Assembly (NCBI GenBank): GCA_965215885.1
Contig: CBDCEW010000084.1
Location: 1-64,000 of the forward strand
From: Candidatus Moanibacter sp.
GTDB lineage: Bacteria > Verrucomicrobiota > Verrucomicrobiia > Opitutales > UBA2987
Reading direction: 5' to 3'
DNA length: 64,000 nucleotides
In this document: one piece after another, positions 19,083 to 29,623 of the stretch
Numbering within the stretch: position 1 is the first letter of the stretch
Layout: each line of letters opens with the position of its first letter
The notes under the pieces: generated by a model
The model's input: only the letters and a program-made list of their open reading frames with translations
The model's database searches: none
Told to the model about the DNA's origin: nothing
Position numbers and translations under genes: made by a program

Positions 19083-22000
19083 CTATCCGCGCGCCTCTCC
19101 GATCTTCGCTCTCCTGGATGAAGGTTGCTCTACTGCTCCCTGCTCGACCTCAAGGTGGTAGCCGAAACCGTAAATGCGCGAGAGCGCAATCTTGATATCT
19201 TCCAGAATCAGGTAATTGATCGGAACCAGGAGGAGCGTAATAAAAGTGGCGAAGAGGACGCCGAATCCTAACGACACTGCCATCGGGATGAGAAACTGAG
19301 CCTGTGTGAGCTTTTCGAATATCAAGGGAGTGAGCCCACAAAACGTCGTCAGCGACGTCAGAAGTATCGGCCTGAAGCGAACCACTCCCGCTGTCCGCAC
19401 CGCATCGATGAGAGTCATTCCCTTGCCCCGCTGCCGATTCACATAGTGGACCAGCACCAGACTATCATTTACCACCACCCCGGTCAAAGCGAGCATTCCG
19501 AAGAGACTCATCTGGCTGAGCGGTTTTCCCACGATCATATGTCCCAGGACCGCTCCCACGAGGCCGAACGGAATGACAAACATCACGATTAAGGGTTGTA
19601 CATACGACCGAAAGGGAATAGCCATGATACCGTAAATCGCAAAGAGCGTGAAATAGAGGCCGGAAACTAAAGAACTCGAGGATTCCCTCTCCTCCCGCGC
19701 CTCCCCCTGAAGGGACCAGTTTACCCCGGGGTGGGCCGCCACCAATCCCGGAAGAAATCTCGCCAGATCGCTCTGAATGCCCGGCAGATCGACTTTCTCC
19801 TTGTTGGCATCGGCGCGAATATTGATCGTCCGATTGCGATCAACGCGTAGGATATTGGAAAAACTCCGGCCCATTTCCGCATCGGCCACGGATGAAAAAG
19901 GCACCTCCACTCCGTCTGGTGTTCTGATTTTCATCGTTTCCAAGCTTCCGAGAGACTTGCGCTCCTCCATGGGATAGCGGACCATGACGCGAACATCGTC
20001 CCGGCCCCTGGGGATACGCTGTGCCTCCTGTCCAAAAAAAGCATACCGCACTTGCCGGGCCAGATCGGCCATGGTCAGACCGAGTAGCTCCGCCTCCGGC
20101 TTGATGCTCAGCTTTACCTCCTGCTTGCCATCTTCGTAGGTGTCAGTGATGTCGAAGACCTCCGGATACTCGTTAAGCCTATCCTTTACCTCGTCAGCCA
20201 ATACCGAAAGGACCTCGAAATCCGGACCGGTCAGCTGAACATCGATCGGATCTCCCCGACGTCCGATCTCCGCGCGAAAATTCAACTCCTGAGCTCCTGC
20301 AATCGGCCCGATCATCTTTCTCCATTCACCTACCAGTTCATTGCTGGTCACGTCCTGTTTACGATCTTCCGGTGCCACGATTTCAAACGTGACCTCTCCG
20401 ATGTGCGACTGGCCGCCCCTCGTTGGTCCCGATCCCCCATATACGCTGAGGATGTTCTCGATCACACTCTCGCCGGTTTCAGGGTCTCTGTACTTCTCCC
20501 GCAATCGTTCCGCGGCACTCTCAATTTTCTCGGTACGGGATGCTGTAATATCGAAAGGCGTCCCCAGCGGCATCAGGAGATAGGCCCGGGCGCTCTCACT
20601 CTGAATGCGCGGAAATGAAACAAAGCGTACACGGCCGCCCATGATCATCCCGGCCATGAGAATAAAAATGCCGACAAAAGAGGCCAAAGTCAGATAGCGC
20701 CGGTTGAGAGCGAAAGCGAGCACCGGCCGGTAGCACGTATCAATCAGATACTCCAACCCGTTTGCGAACCACCTCTGTAAACCGGTCCATCCTCCCGCCT
20801 TCGAAGCCTCATTCCCGAGCGTTCTCATGTGTTTCAAGTGAGCGGGAAGGACAAGCTTCGATTCAACCAGGGAAAAGAAGAGAACCGGGATGACAATGAG
20901 CGGAATCTGCATGATGAACGCTCCCCGCCTGCCCTCGATCATCAGCAGCGGGAGGAATGCCACCATCGTTGTCACAACCCCGAAAATGACAGGCACTGCT
21001 ACGGCCTTTGTTCCCTCGATCGATGCCTCCAGAGGCGCACGCCCCTCCTCCATGTAACGGTATACGTTCTCTCCCGTCACAATCGCATCATCCACAACGA
21101 TCCCGAGAACCATGATAAAGGCGAAGAGACTGATGATATTTATGGTGATGCCGAGGTAAGGCATCGTCGATATCGCTCCGAGAAAGGCGACGGGGATGCC
21201 CACGCACACCCAAAAGGAGACGACCGGCCTCAGAAACAGGGTCAGGATCAAAGCCACTAGGAAGAATCCCATCGTGGCGCTATCGCGAAGAGTCGAGAGA
21301 CGCGCCTTCACGATTTCCGATCGATCTCTCCAATAAGAGAGTTCGACTCCCGACGGCATTCGCTCCTGCGCCTGTTTGATATATCCGCGCACCGCCTCAG
21401 AGATTTCAATCGCATTCTGCCCACCCACACGGTAAACTTGAACTACGACGGCGGGCTCCCCATTATAGCGAATAAAGAGGGGGTCCTCCTCAAATTCGTC
21501 CTTCACCTGCGCGATTTCTCCCAAAGTGATGTGGGTGCCGTCATCCCGGGCCAGCACAACAATCTTTTCAAAATCCTCTCGCACATAGGCTCGTCCCTTC
21601 GTCCGCAAGAGAATATCGCCGGCATCGGAACGGATGACGCCCGCCGGAAGATCGAGAGAAGTCCGACGAATCGCCTGGGAGATGCTAGTAAAAGTGAGTC
21701 CATACTGACGGAGCGTGCTCTCCGAGATTTCGATCCCAATCTCATAAGGGCGAATGCCCCCGAGAACGACTTGCGTTACACTGGGAAGATTTGCGATTTC
21801 ATCCCGCACCTGTTCTCCCAGGGCATGTAAATCGTGTTCGGACAGTTGGCCGGCGATCGTTACTTTTATTACATCCCGCCGCCTCTGCCTCAATTGGATT
21901 CGCGGCCGCTCAATTTCTTCGGGAAATGTGTTGATGGCATCGACCCGATTCTTAACGTCGTCAAGCAGCTCGCGGGGTTCGTACCCATCATCAACCTCGA

Positions 22001-22274
22001 TACTGACCCGCCCAGACCCCTCCGAGGAGGTCGAAGTAATCTCCTTGATTCCCTCCAGGTCCTGGATCGCCTCCTCAATGCGAACGACGACCGATTCCTC
22101 CACTTCCGCCGGTGTGGCGCCGCGATGTTGCACATTCACGGTAATCATATCGGGTGCGATGTCCGGGAAGACCTCGACTGGAATCTTGTAGGCCAACGCG
22201 TACACGCCCATCGCCACCATCGCTGCCAGCAGCAGGTTAGCCGCCACAGAATTTCTTGCAAACCATGCAATCAT
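19083..22274 (-). CDS. RND efflux permease, AcrB/AcrD/AcrF family
   Basis: 1063 aa; GIVVDDAIV, GVVVNDSLV, RFRPILLTSLTT. Confidence 0.96.
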   Translation of the reverse strand: MIAWFARNSVAANLLLAAMVAMGVYALAYKIPVEVFPDIAPDMITVNVQHRGATPAEVEESVVVRIEEAIQDLEGIKEITSTSSEGSGRVSIEVDDGYEPRELLDDVKNRVDAINTFPEEIERPRIQLRQRRRDVIKVTIAGQLSEHDLHALGEQVRDEIANLPSVTQVVLGGIRPYEIGIEISESTLRQYGLTFTSISQAIRRTSLDLPAGVIRSDAGDILLRTKGRAYVREDFEKIVVLARDDGTHITLGEIAQVKDEFEEDPLFIRYNGEPAVVVQVYRVGGQNAIEISEAVRGYIKQAQERMPSGVELSYWRDRSEIVKARLSTLRDSATMGFFLVALILTLFLRPVVSFWVCVGIPVAFLGAISTMPYLGITINIISLFAFIMVLGIVVDDAIVTGENVYRYMEEGRAPLEASIEGTKAVAVPVIFGVVTTMVAFLPLLMIEGRRGAFIMQIPLIVIPVLFFSLVESKLVLPAHLKHMRTLGNEASKAGGWTGLQRWFANGLEYLIDTCYRPVLAFALNRRYLTLASFVGIFILMAGMIMGGRVRFVSFPRIQSESARAYLLMPLGTPFDITASRTEKIESAAERLREKYRDPETGESVIENILSVYGGSGPTRGGQSHIGEVTFEIVAPEDRKQDVTSNELVGEWRKMIGPIAGAQELNFRAEIGRRGDPIDVQLTGPDFEVLSVLADEVKDRLNEYPEVFDITDTYEDGKQEVKLSIKPEAELLGLTMADLARQVRYAFFGQEAQRIPRGRDDVRVMVRYPMEERKSLGSLETMKIRTPDGVEVPFSSVADAEMGRSFSNILRVDRNRTINIRADANKEKVDLPGIQSDLARFLPGLVAAHPGVNWSLQGEAREERESSSSLVSGLYFTLFAIYGIMAIPFRSYVQPLIVMFVIPFGLVGAVLGHMIVGKPLSQMSLFGMLALTGVVVNDSLVLVHYVNRQRGKGMTLIDAVRTAGVVRFRPILLTSLTTFCGLTPLIFEKLTQAQFLIPMAVSLGFGVLFATFITLLLVPINYLILEDIKIALSRIYGFGYHLEVEQGAVEQPSSRRAKIGEARG

Positions 22275-23665
22275 CGCGACTCCTCTTTCCTCTCGAGCTC
22301 TGAAGCGCCCTTTCTCCGACTCGGACTCGAAGCGGATCTGTCCTCCTTTCCTACGGGGAATTCCGTCGCACCGGGTCTTACTCGATCCCCACTCCGTTTC
22401 GCCTCACCCGCACGTTGGCGCCGCATCCCCTTTTTTCGCCCAGTCATGTTTCCGCCCTCTCCGCCACGCATTGCCATTTCTTCCGGGGGGTGGGCCTCAC
22501 CCAGAATCCTCGGCATAACCGGCGCGCCGTCGGTCGCAAATGCCACCGGGGTCAGGCAAAGCACTTCGCCTTCCTCTAGACCGTCTCGAATTATCACGTT
22601 ATCTCGATCGCTCCAAAGGATGGAGAGCGTTCGGCGCCTCAGCTTGTTCTCCCCGTCGATCAACAATACTTCATTCCCATTGCGCACCGCCGAGCGGGGC
22701 ACCACGATAACACCCTCGAGCATCTCGCCCTCGACATTCGCTTCCACATACATCCCGACTTTCAGCGGCGGCTTTCCGGTCGCTCCCCTGCCATAGGGAT
22801 CATCAACCTGGGCAACGACGAAAAGCTGCCTGCTGCGCACGTCGATGGCTCCCTCCGTCCGGACGATTCGCCCCCGCCAGTGATTCTCCTTTCCGCCGAA
22901 TCCGGAGACCAGCGAGACCGGGGGTGCGGGCTGATCCGATTCCCCTCCCTCGCCACGATACAGTTCCGGCAGTTTCACAAAGCCGACTTCGGTGCTCGTC
23001 AGGGGAAGGCGAATTTCAGCATAATCGACTGCGTAGATTCGCGCCAACACCGTCCCGGGCGTTACATATTGGCCCACATCAACCCGCTTATCCAGAATCC
23101 TCCCGGCATATGGGGCTCTGATTCTAGCCCGCTCAAGATCGCGCTTCGCCTCCTCCACCCTCGCGGCCGCCGACGCCGCCACCGCTCTCGCTTCCGCCAT
23201 CTGAGGCAATCGGAGCACCAGGGAACCGGCCGCATCGCCGTCTCCGAGCTTCTCCCAATCCCTGCGGGCCTGCTCCGCGCGCGCTTCCTCTTCCTCCAGT
23301 CGCAACTGCGCCTGTGCGAGAATCGCCTCTGCCACCGTCAGCGAGGTCCGATAGTCACTCTCCTCGATTTGCAGAAGGGTCTCGCGCGCTTCAAAAAATC
23401 CCCCATCACGGAAAACCGGCGACACGCTCACTACTCGGCCCGAAACCTCCGGTATCAAGGTGCTTTCGGTGCGCGCCTGTACGGTCCCTTGCGTGCGAAT
23501 TACAACCTGATAGTCCTGGCGCTTCAACCTCACGCCTTCCACTCGCGTGATCGCTGGCGGAGGTTTACGCCTCGATGGTGTCGGCTTGGTTGAAACGAGA
23601 TACACAGCGACACTCGCGAATATCCCGAGAACGAAGAGCGGAAGAAGATAGCGCAGGAAATTCAT
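22271..23665 (-). CDS. RND efflux periplasmic adaptor (MFP)
   Basis: N-terminal TM, lipoyl-like EVSGRV and IRAPYAG segments, coiled coil. Confidence 0.93.
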   Translation of the reverse strand: MNFLRYLLPLFVLGIFASVAVYLVSTKPTPSRRKPPPAITRVEGVRLKRQDYQVVIRTQGTVQARTESTLIPEVSGRVVSVSPVFRDGGFFEARETLLQIEESDYRTSLTVAEAILAQAQLRLEEEEARAEQARRDWEKLGDGDAAGSLVLRLPQMAEARAVAASAAARVEEAKRDLERARIRAPYAGRILDKRVDVGQYVTPGTVLARIYAVDYAEIRLPLTSTEVGFVKLPELYRGEGGESDQPAPPVSLVSGFGGKENHWRGRIVRTEGAIDVRSRQLFVVAQVDDPYGRGATGKPPLKVGMYVEANVEGEMLEGVIVVPRSAVRNGNEVLLIDGENKLRRRTLSILWSDRDNVIIRDGLEEGEVLCLTPVAFATDGAPVMPRILGEAHPPEEMAMRGGEGGNMTGRKKGMRRQRAGEAKRSGDRVRPGATEFPVGKEDRSASSPSRRKGASELERKEESR

Positions 23666-23677
23666 AGGATTTGGCTG

Positions 23678-25177
23678 CTATCCCGAGTTCGGTGCGGAAA
23701 CGTCCGTCTCCTCAGTTGCTTCGGTAACAGTTTTCTCCCCCTCAGTTTCCCCCGACTCTGTTCTCAAGAGGCCCTCCGCTTTGGCGCCGACGCTTCCAAA
23801 ATCGCCGCCTAAAGCAAGATACAGGTCAACCCGATTCTGCAAGCGCTGGTTACTGATCTGAAGAAGCGAACGCTTTGAATCAAACGATCGGCGCTGAGAT
23901 TCCAAAACGGTTATGATGTCGTTTAGCCCCTTACCGTATTGATCCCATGCCAACTCCTCAGCACCGATCGATTCGTCCACCGCCCTCTTGAGAGCCGATT
24001 CCTGAACCGTGAGATACGCCTCCGCGGCCAATGCGGTCTCGACCTCGCGGAAGGCCGTCAGGACCTGTTGTGAGTAGGTCGCCCACGCGCGCTCATGCTC
24101 CGCTTGCGATCGTTTCATGTTCGCTTTCAGCCGACGGCCCTGAAATATCGGTTGCGTGATTCCACTGGCAAGGCTCCAGACCTTGAAATCTGTATTTAGA
24201 AGTTCGCCGAATTCATCCGTGCTCGTACCGCCGCTTGAGGTCAGTCGAATCGCCGGCAGGCGCGCTTTTTTCGCTTCACCGACCCGTTGCTCCGCCGCCG
24301 CCAGGCGTTTCTCTGCTGCCAGTATATCCGGTCGTCGGGAGACGAGTCCAGACGGTAATCCTGCAGGTATTCTCTTCCCGATCACCGGCAACGCCACCGA
24401 AATTCCTAAATCGTAAGAGGGATATCGACCTAAAAGCACTTCCAGGCCCCTCACCGCCACGTCTCTCTGCCTGCGCCGTGACGCCAAATTGCTCTGCGCG
24501 TTCGCAACATTCGCCCGGGTCAGGCGCAAATCGAGCGCGCGCGTTATTCCCGCGCGGAACCGCTGCTCGACCGTTCCAAGGTTCGCTTCAAAACTCCTGA
24601 CCGTCTCCTCGGCTAGGTCGACCTGCAACTCCGCCTCGATCGCGTTGAACCAGGCCTGCGTAGTTTGCGCGGCGAGAGAGAGACGGGCTGCTCGATAGTC
24701 TTCTTCGGCCGCTTGCCAATCCGCTATGGCGGCGCGATGCCGATTCCGCAGCTTTCCCCACAGATCGATTTCCCAGCTCAGATCGAGTGAAAGATTGAAA
24801 TTATTGCTTCGGCTGCTCGTAATGGCAAATCCACCCGTGCCCGTCCGCTGCCGCCTCGAATTGTTTTGTCCGGCCGAAATCTGTGGCCAGCGGTCCGCGC
24901 CTCCAATGACCGCTGTAGCTCGGGCAGATTCCAGGCGCGCCGCCGTAGCCAGCAGGTTGAAGTTGTGGGTAAGCGCCTCTCCGATGATCCCCTCCAGTCG
25001 ATTGTCAGAGAAATCGCCGATCCAACCATCCTCGAATGCATTATCGGGGCCTTCTCTCTGAGCAGTCCAATTGGCCGGCGGTTTAATGGAAAGCTTATGC
25101 GACTGATCCGGCGGCGGCGTAGCACAGCCGAATATGAAAACGGTCCCCGCCAGCAATGCTATTCCTCCTACCCTCAT
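23678..25177 (-). CDS. TolC/NodT-family outer-membrane efflux lipoprotein
   Basis: Lipobox FGC, SWEIDLWG, RRPDILAAE, LYLALGG. Confidence 0.94.
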   Translation of the reverse strand: MRVGGIALLAGTVFIFGCATPPPDQSHKLSIKPPANWTAQREGPDNAFEDGWIGDFSDNRLEGIIGEALTHNFNLLATAARLESARATAVIGGADRWPQISAGQNNSRRQRTGTGGFAITSSRSNNFNLSLDLSWEIDLWGKLRNRHRAAIADWQAAEEDYRAARLSLAAQTTQAWFNAIEAELQVDLAEETVRSFEANLGTVEQRFRAGITRALDLRLTRANVANAQSNLASRRRQRDVAVRGLEVLLGRYPSYDLGISVALPVIGKRIPAGLPSGLVSRRPDILAAEKRLAAAEQRVGEAKKARLPAIRLTSSGGTSTDEFGELLNTDFKVWSLASGITQPIFQGRRLKANMKRSQAEHERAWATYSQQVLTAFREVETALAAEAYLTVQESALKRAVDESIGAEELAWDQYGKGLNDIITVLESQRRSFDSKRSLLQISNQRLQNRVDLYLALGGDFGSVGAKAEGLLRTESGETEGEKTVTEATEETDVSAPNSG

Positions 25178-25836
25178 TCGCCTCTCCCCAGTGCTACAGC
25201 AGCTTCCTCCTCATTCGCCGAAGAACGGAATCCGGCACAGACGAATTCAATCAGCCTGCTGATCATCCCTTCAATGTCGTCCGCGTCGCAATATGTCGCC
25301 GATGATTGCCTGATTCTCTCGCGCTGCGACATCGACGCCAGCATCAGCGAAAGCGCGAAATGATATCGCCAATGAACCTCTTCCGGCGACAGCTCCGGAA
25401 GGCTCCCCCTCAGCGCCGCGATAAACGTCGTATGAATCTCTTTAAAATACTCCTCATACACATTGCCCATCAAACCTGGCAATTCCGAAAAGGCGCGTCC
25501 TAATAATAGCATGAATACTGAATCCGGTCTTCCTCCCGGTGCCCCCGTCTGAAAAAAGGGTCGCAGGAAAGCTTCGAATATTCGTTCTAACCGCAACGGT
25601 GATCCCTTCGCCTCCTCTTGGAAATGCCTCAACAGGGAAAAGCGCTCTTTGTTCATCGGTACTATCCGCCGCCGCATCAGTTCCTTCAAGAGCCCCTCCT
25701 TCGACCCGAAATGATAATTTATCGATGCCACATTTACCCTCGCCTTCTCCGTTATCTGTCGTACAGAGGCCGTTTCATAGCCATGTTTCGAGAAGAGCTC
25801 TTCCGCCACCGAGATTATTCGTTCTCTTGTCTCCAT
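25174..25836 (-). CDS. TetR/AcrR-family regulator (PsrA/CecR-like)
   Basis: HTH ..VRQIT..A.VNVASINYHFGSKEGL; first gene of the efflux operon. Confidence 0.93.
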   Translation of the reverse strand: METRERIISVAEELFSKHGYETASVRQITEKARVNVASINYHFGSKEGLLKELMRRRIVPMNKERFSLLRHFQEEAKGSPLRLERIFEAFLRPFFQTGAPGGRPDSVFMLLLGRAFSELPGLMGNVYEEYFKEIHTTFIAALRGSLPELSPEEVHWRYHFALSLMLASMSQRERIRQSSATYCDADDIEGMISRLIEFVCAGFRSSANEEEAAVALGRGE

Positions 25837-25852
25837 CTCAATTCCCTTTAAA

Positions 25853-25893
25853 TTAAAACAAGCATTTTAAACAACTGTTTCAAAATCTGTCAA
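25853..25893 (-). promoter_or_regulatory. Sigma70 promoter TTGACA-N18-TAAAAT with overlapping palindromic operators
   Basis: -35 at 25888..25893 and -10 at 25864..25869. Palindromes AAACA-AC-TGTTT (25869..25880) and TTAAAA-N6-TTTTAA (25853..25870). Confidence 0.7.
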
Positions 25894-26013
25894 AAATAAG
25901 TTTCCCATGAGCTGACAATTGAATCTTATCTGGTATCTGTTTAGCGTGATTAAGGCAAAGTCCGACAGGCTGCTAACCTGGAAATCTCGTGAGACTTCCC
26001 GGGCGGCCGTCAA

Positions 26014-26466
26014 TTGCGGGCAGGGCCAGGTAGTATGATTCGACAAACAAAACAGCGGCAAACGGGTTTTCTTTCCATCCTACTCACCGTGAGTATACAC
26101 TTGTCGGGCTGCGCGACGCCGGAACCGAAGGCCGTCCCCGAAATCGAATCGAAGGGATCGGTTCGAGAGATCGACGGCTTTCGTTTTTATGAAGAGGCTG
26201 AACCAAATAGACCCTACACGGTTCTTGGGTATATTGAGATAGAGAGCCTCGCTTCGCGGAGCAAAGAGAGTGTTCTGAAAGATATGAAGACGAGAAGCGT
26301 TTCCATGGGGGGCAATGCAATTATGGATATAAGCAGGGATACACTCCTCGAAACTACTCGCCCGGCAGCATCGTATGATCTCGGAATGCGGGAAATCGAA
26401 GATTTCGCGGCCAATACAATAGTCGAGCGCTACCGCTGGAGGGCCACCGTCATACTGCTGCGTTAG
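26014..26466 (+). CDS. Hypothetical lipoprotein (YbjQ-like fold possible; start may be 26035)
   Basis: LSGC lipobox; P.RPY.VLG.I and A..MGGNAI patterns. Confidence 0.65.
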   Translation: MRAGPGSMIRQTKQRQTGFLSILLTVSIHLSGCATPEPKAVPEIESKGSVREIDGFRFYEEAEPNRPYTVLGYIEIESLASRSKESVLKDMKTRSVSMGGNAIMDISRDTLLETTRPAASYDLGMREIEDFAANTIVERYRWRATVILLR

Positions 26467-26629
26467 ATCTGGCATCCCGGGAACTTTGAAAAGAGAAAGG
26501 TTTCGCCATTCCATTATTCTATCATTCAGAGTGTTTCTCAGATCGGTCAGATCAGTCAGATCAGTCTGAGAACGAACTTGGAGTACTTAGGCCAGGGAAT
26601 AAACGATTAAGCGATTCCTCCTACCGGCC

Positions 26630-28735
26630 ATGAATGAGATAAAGCTGCGCTTCCTCCTTGCGGGTCTGACACTCCTGTCTCTGCCCGACCTCTGGGCCGG
26701 CCCAGCGAAAGACCACCCAGTGGAGGCGCAACTGGTTTCGGAGGTGCGTTCAATCCAGGCGGGTACTCCCTTCACAATTGCCCTGCGGTTTCGAATGGAA
26801 CCGCACTGGCATACCTATTGGAAAAATCCCGGTGACGCCGGATTGCCTACGACTCTGGAGTGGGAGCTTCCAGAAGGTTTCAAGGCAGGGCCTATTCAGT
26901 GGCCGTTACCAATGATTTTTGAACTGAGTGGTCTCACCAATTACGGCTATGAGAATGAAGTCTTTCATCTCGTCACAGTTACGCCTCCTCATGAACTCCG
27001 CGAAAGGGAAAACATCACCCTAATTGCTCATGCCACCTGGCTGATGTGCGAAGAAGTCTGCATTCCCGGTAAAGCGGAACTTTCGCTGGTTCTTCCAGTA
27101 GCAGGAAATACTCCTGAATGGAACGAAGTTTGGCGACCCCACTTTGAGGTTACGCGTAAGAGGTTACCCCGCTCATCCGATCTTTGGGATGTGCGGGCCC
27201 ATCTGGACGGCGATGAGGTCACTCTCAAGATTGATCACACGGGAGAGTCAATGGCCTCTCCGGAGGAGGTATACTTTTTCTCCAGTGATGCTCAAATAGA
27301 TCCGAATGCTTCGCAGAAACTGGAGCGGGCCGAGACCGGCTATCTTCTGACACTCAAAAGATCCGCATTCGCGGAATTGGGTGAATCTTTACCCGGTGTC
27401 CTCTTTGGCCGGGAGGGATGGCACACAGGGGGGGAACTCTCAGGAATTGCGATAAACCCTCCTCTCCTTCACGGTCCCATTCCAGATATTGGGGACGTTT
27501 CCGCTGCGCCGGTAAAGACACCGCCGAAGCCGATGAGCGCAAAGCTGGCGCTGATTCTCTTACTCGCTCTGGCTGGAGGTGCTATCCTCAACCTCATGCC
27601 CTGCGTTTTTCCGGTGCTGGGTCTCAAAGTCATGGGATTCGTAAGCCAGGCAGGCGAGTCTCGCTCCAGGGTGACGTTGCATGGATTAGTTTATACACTC
27701 GGTATCCTCGTATCATTTTGGATTCTTGCCGTAATCCTGATGGTCTTGAGAAAGAGCGGCGAAGAACTCGGGTGGGGATTTCAGCTCCAATCTCCAACTT
27801 TTGTCTTTTTCCTGGCCATTCTGCTCTTCGCCTTCGCCTTAAACCTGAGCGGCCTCTTTGAAATCGGGGCTTCATTGACTTCCCTTGGGGGAAATCTCAT
27901 GCGAGGGGAAGGGTTTAACAGTTCGTTTTTCACCGGGGTCCTGGCTACGGTCGTCGCCACTCCCTGCGCTGCTCCTTTTCTTGCTCCCGCTCTGGGGGCC
28001 GCCCTCACTCTTGACGCCGGACCTTCCCTCGCCGTTTTCACCTTCATCGGTCTCGGCTTGTCTCTGCCTTACCTCACACTTTCAGCATTCCCTGACATCG
28101 TTAAGGTGTTACCGAAACCCGGTCCCTGGATGGAGAGTATAAAGCAGGTTCTGGCATTTCCGCTTTACGCTAGTGTCGGGTATCTTCTCTGGGTATTGGA
28201 CGGTCAACTTGAGGAATATGGATTACTCTACGCAATTTTCGCCCTTATTCTTCTCGCCTTGGCTGGTTGGATCTACGGTCGCTGGTCAACTCCCGCCCAA
28301 TCCGTCCGGAAACGTCGCCTCACCCAAGTGGGCGCCCTCCTTCTAACGATTTATGGGATATATCTCGGCTATCCGGAATCGGGCCCGGCTCCCATAGAAT
28401 GGGAAAAGTGGTCTCCCGAAAGAGTCACCCAACTACGCGCCGAGGGAATACCCGTCTATGTCGACTTCACCGCCCGCTGGTGTCCGACCTGTCAGACAAA
28501 TAAAAAACTCGTTTTTTCTTCCAAGGACGTGCTCAGGGCCTTCTCTGAAAATAGAGTCTCTATGCTTAAAGCCGATTGGACCAACCGGGATCCCAGAATA
28601 ACGCAGACCCTTGCCGCCTTCGGGCGATCCGCCATTCCCTTCAACATTATCTACCTTCCCGGTCGAAATGATCCGGTCATTCTTCCCGAACTACTCACCC
28701 CCGGTATTGTCCTCGAGGCGATCGACGGAATCTAG
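26630..28735 (+). CDS. dsbD: Thiol:disulfide interchange protein, DsbD family
   Basis: WHTYWKNPGD, CEEVC, LNLMPCVFP, ATPCAAP, DFTARWCPTC. Confidence 0.93.
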   Translation: MNEIKLRFLLAGLTLLSLPDLWAGPAKDHPVEAQLVSEVRSIQAGTPFTIALRFRMEPHWHTYWKNPGDAGLPTTLEWELPEGFKAGPIQWPLPMIFELSGLTNYGYENEVFHLVTVTPPHELRERENITLIAHATWLMCEEVCIPGKAELSLVLPVAGNTPEWNEVWRPHFEVTRKRLPRSSDLWDVRAHLDGDEVTLKIDHTGESMASPEEVYFFSSDAQIDPNASQKLERAETGYLLTLKRSAFAELGESLPGVLFGREGWHTGGELSGIAINPPLLHGPIPDIGDVSAAPVKTPPKPMSAKLALILLLALAGGAILNLMPCVFPVLGLKVMGFVSQAGESRSRVTLHGLVYTLGILVSFWILAVILMVLRKSGEELGWGFQLQSPTFVFFLAILLFAFALNLSGLFEIGASLTSLGGNLMRGEGFNSSFFTGVLATVVATPCAAPFLAPALGAALTLDAGPSLAVFTFIGLGLSLPYLTLSAFPDIVKVLPKPGPWMESIKQVLAFPLYASVGYLLWVLDGQLEEYGLLYAIFALILLALAGWIYGRWSTPAQSVRKRRLTQVGALLLTIYGIYLGYPESGPAPIEWEKWSPERVTQLRAEGIPVYVDFTARWCPTCQTNKKLVFSSKDVLRAFSENRVSMLKADWTNRDPRITQTLAAFGRSAIPFNIIYLPGRNDPVILPELLTPGIVLEAIDGI

Positions 28736-28778
28736 CAGCCTGTCGGGCTTGTTCGGCTTCTTTTCATCAGGCTGCTAG
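28732..28778. repeat. Short element with 11-bp IR CTAGCAGCCTG/CAGGCTGCTAG overlapping the dsbD stop (MITE relic or terminator)
   Basis: Its left end CTAGCAGCCTGTCGG resembles the CTAGGAATCTGTCGG MITE ends. Confidence 0.55.
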
Positions 28779-28909
28779 CCCGGATTACCTTCCGCTTCCA
28801 AATGGTCGCGACCGCGCTCCTTGGTCAATTGTAAAAGGATCAGATGCACTTTCATAGTGCCCTACCTATGCCACGGCGAAACGTCATTTACAATAGCATT
28901 CTCTTTAGA

Positions 28910-29145
28910 CCTCGGAATACTCCGAGATCGGTTCCCCGTTGAAGCGCAGAACGAGGCCCTTGTCTCCCCCGACGTTCCACAGCATGGCCAACGTGCCTCC
29001 ATCCTCTCGGAAGAGGAGATCGTACCAATGGACCTGCTCCACGAAACCGGCCGTCGGTCCCGCGTAAGTGTCGTAATCATCGATGCCCTCCGCGGCGCCC
29101 CGTCCCGTGGAGCAACTGTGCAGGCCGGCACGACGAGGCTTACGA
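28910..29145 (-). pseudogene. Fragment of an aldose-1-epimerase/DUF4432-like gene
   Basis: Hand translation gives VAPRD / AAEGIDDYDTYAGPTAGFVEQVHWYDLL...GGTLAMLWN..GDKGLVLRFN with one frameshift; not in the ORF track in this frame. Confidence 0.5.
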
Positions 29146-29623
29146 CAAAGAGCAAATCTGGTAGCCGCGTCGGCAACGAAGGGGCACTGCCCAAACTTCC
29201 GACCAACGACTTCGATTGTGACTACGACGTTCGAGTGGAATCTGAACCGGGTTTTAATCGAAATTCGTAGTCGTAATCGTAGTCGAATGTCGGTCGATTA
29301 CGATTATGGCCCGGCCAAAGGTGCACTCCTCATCAAGACAAAACAGAGCACCGCCCGGAGCTTTCGGTCATACTTCTGTATGCCTGTTTGCACCGGCCGG
29401 CAACTTCTTTCTGTCCTGGCCAGGCCACATCTCGCATCCCGAAACCTGCATCCCCATCCCGTAGCCCGACGACTTCGTCGTTCGGGTAATCACGTGCAAG
29501 TAGATTACCTGTCCCCAATTCCTTGACCATGACCACAGCTCATCGGTTGCTACCCCTCCCCCTTTCGCGTGTTTAGCGTACACCGTCCGTAGCTTTTGCG
29601 AAGGAGGGGGCAATTCCCCATCC

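Noticed and set aside
26538..26570. 9-bp tandem repeat TCAGATC(G/A)G x3 upstream of dsbD
   Set aside because: Real but very short; no function can be supported from the sequence.
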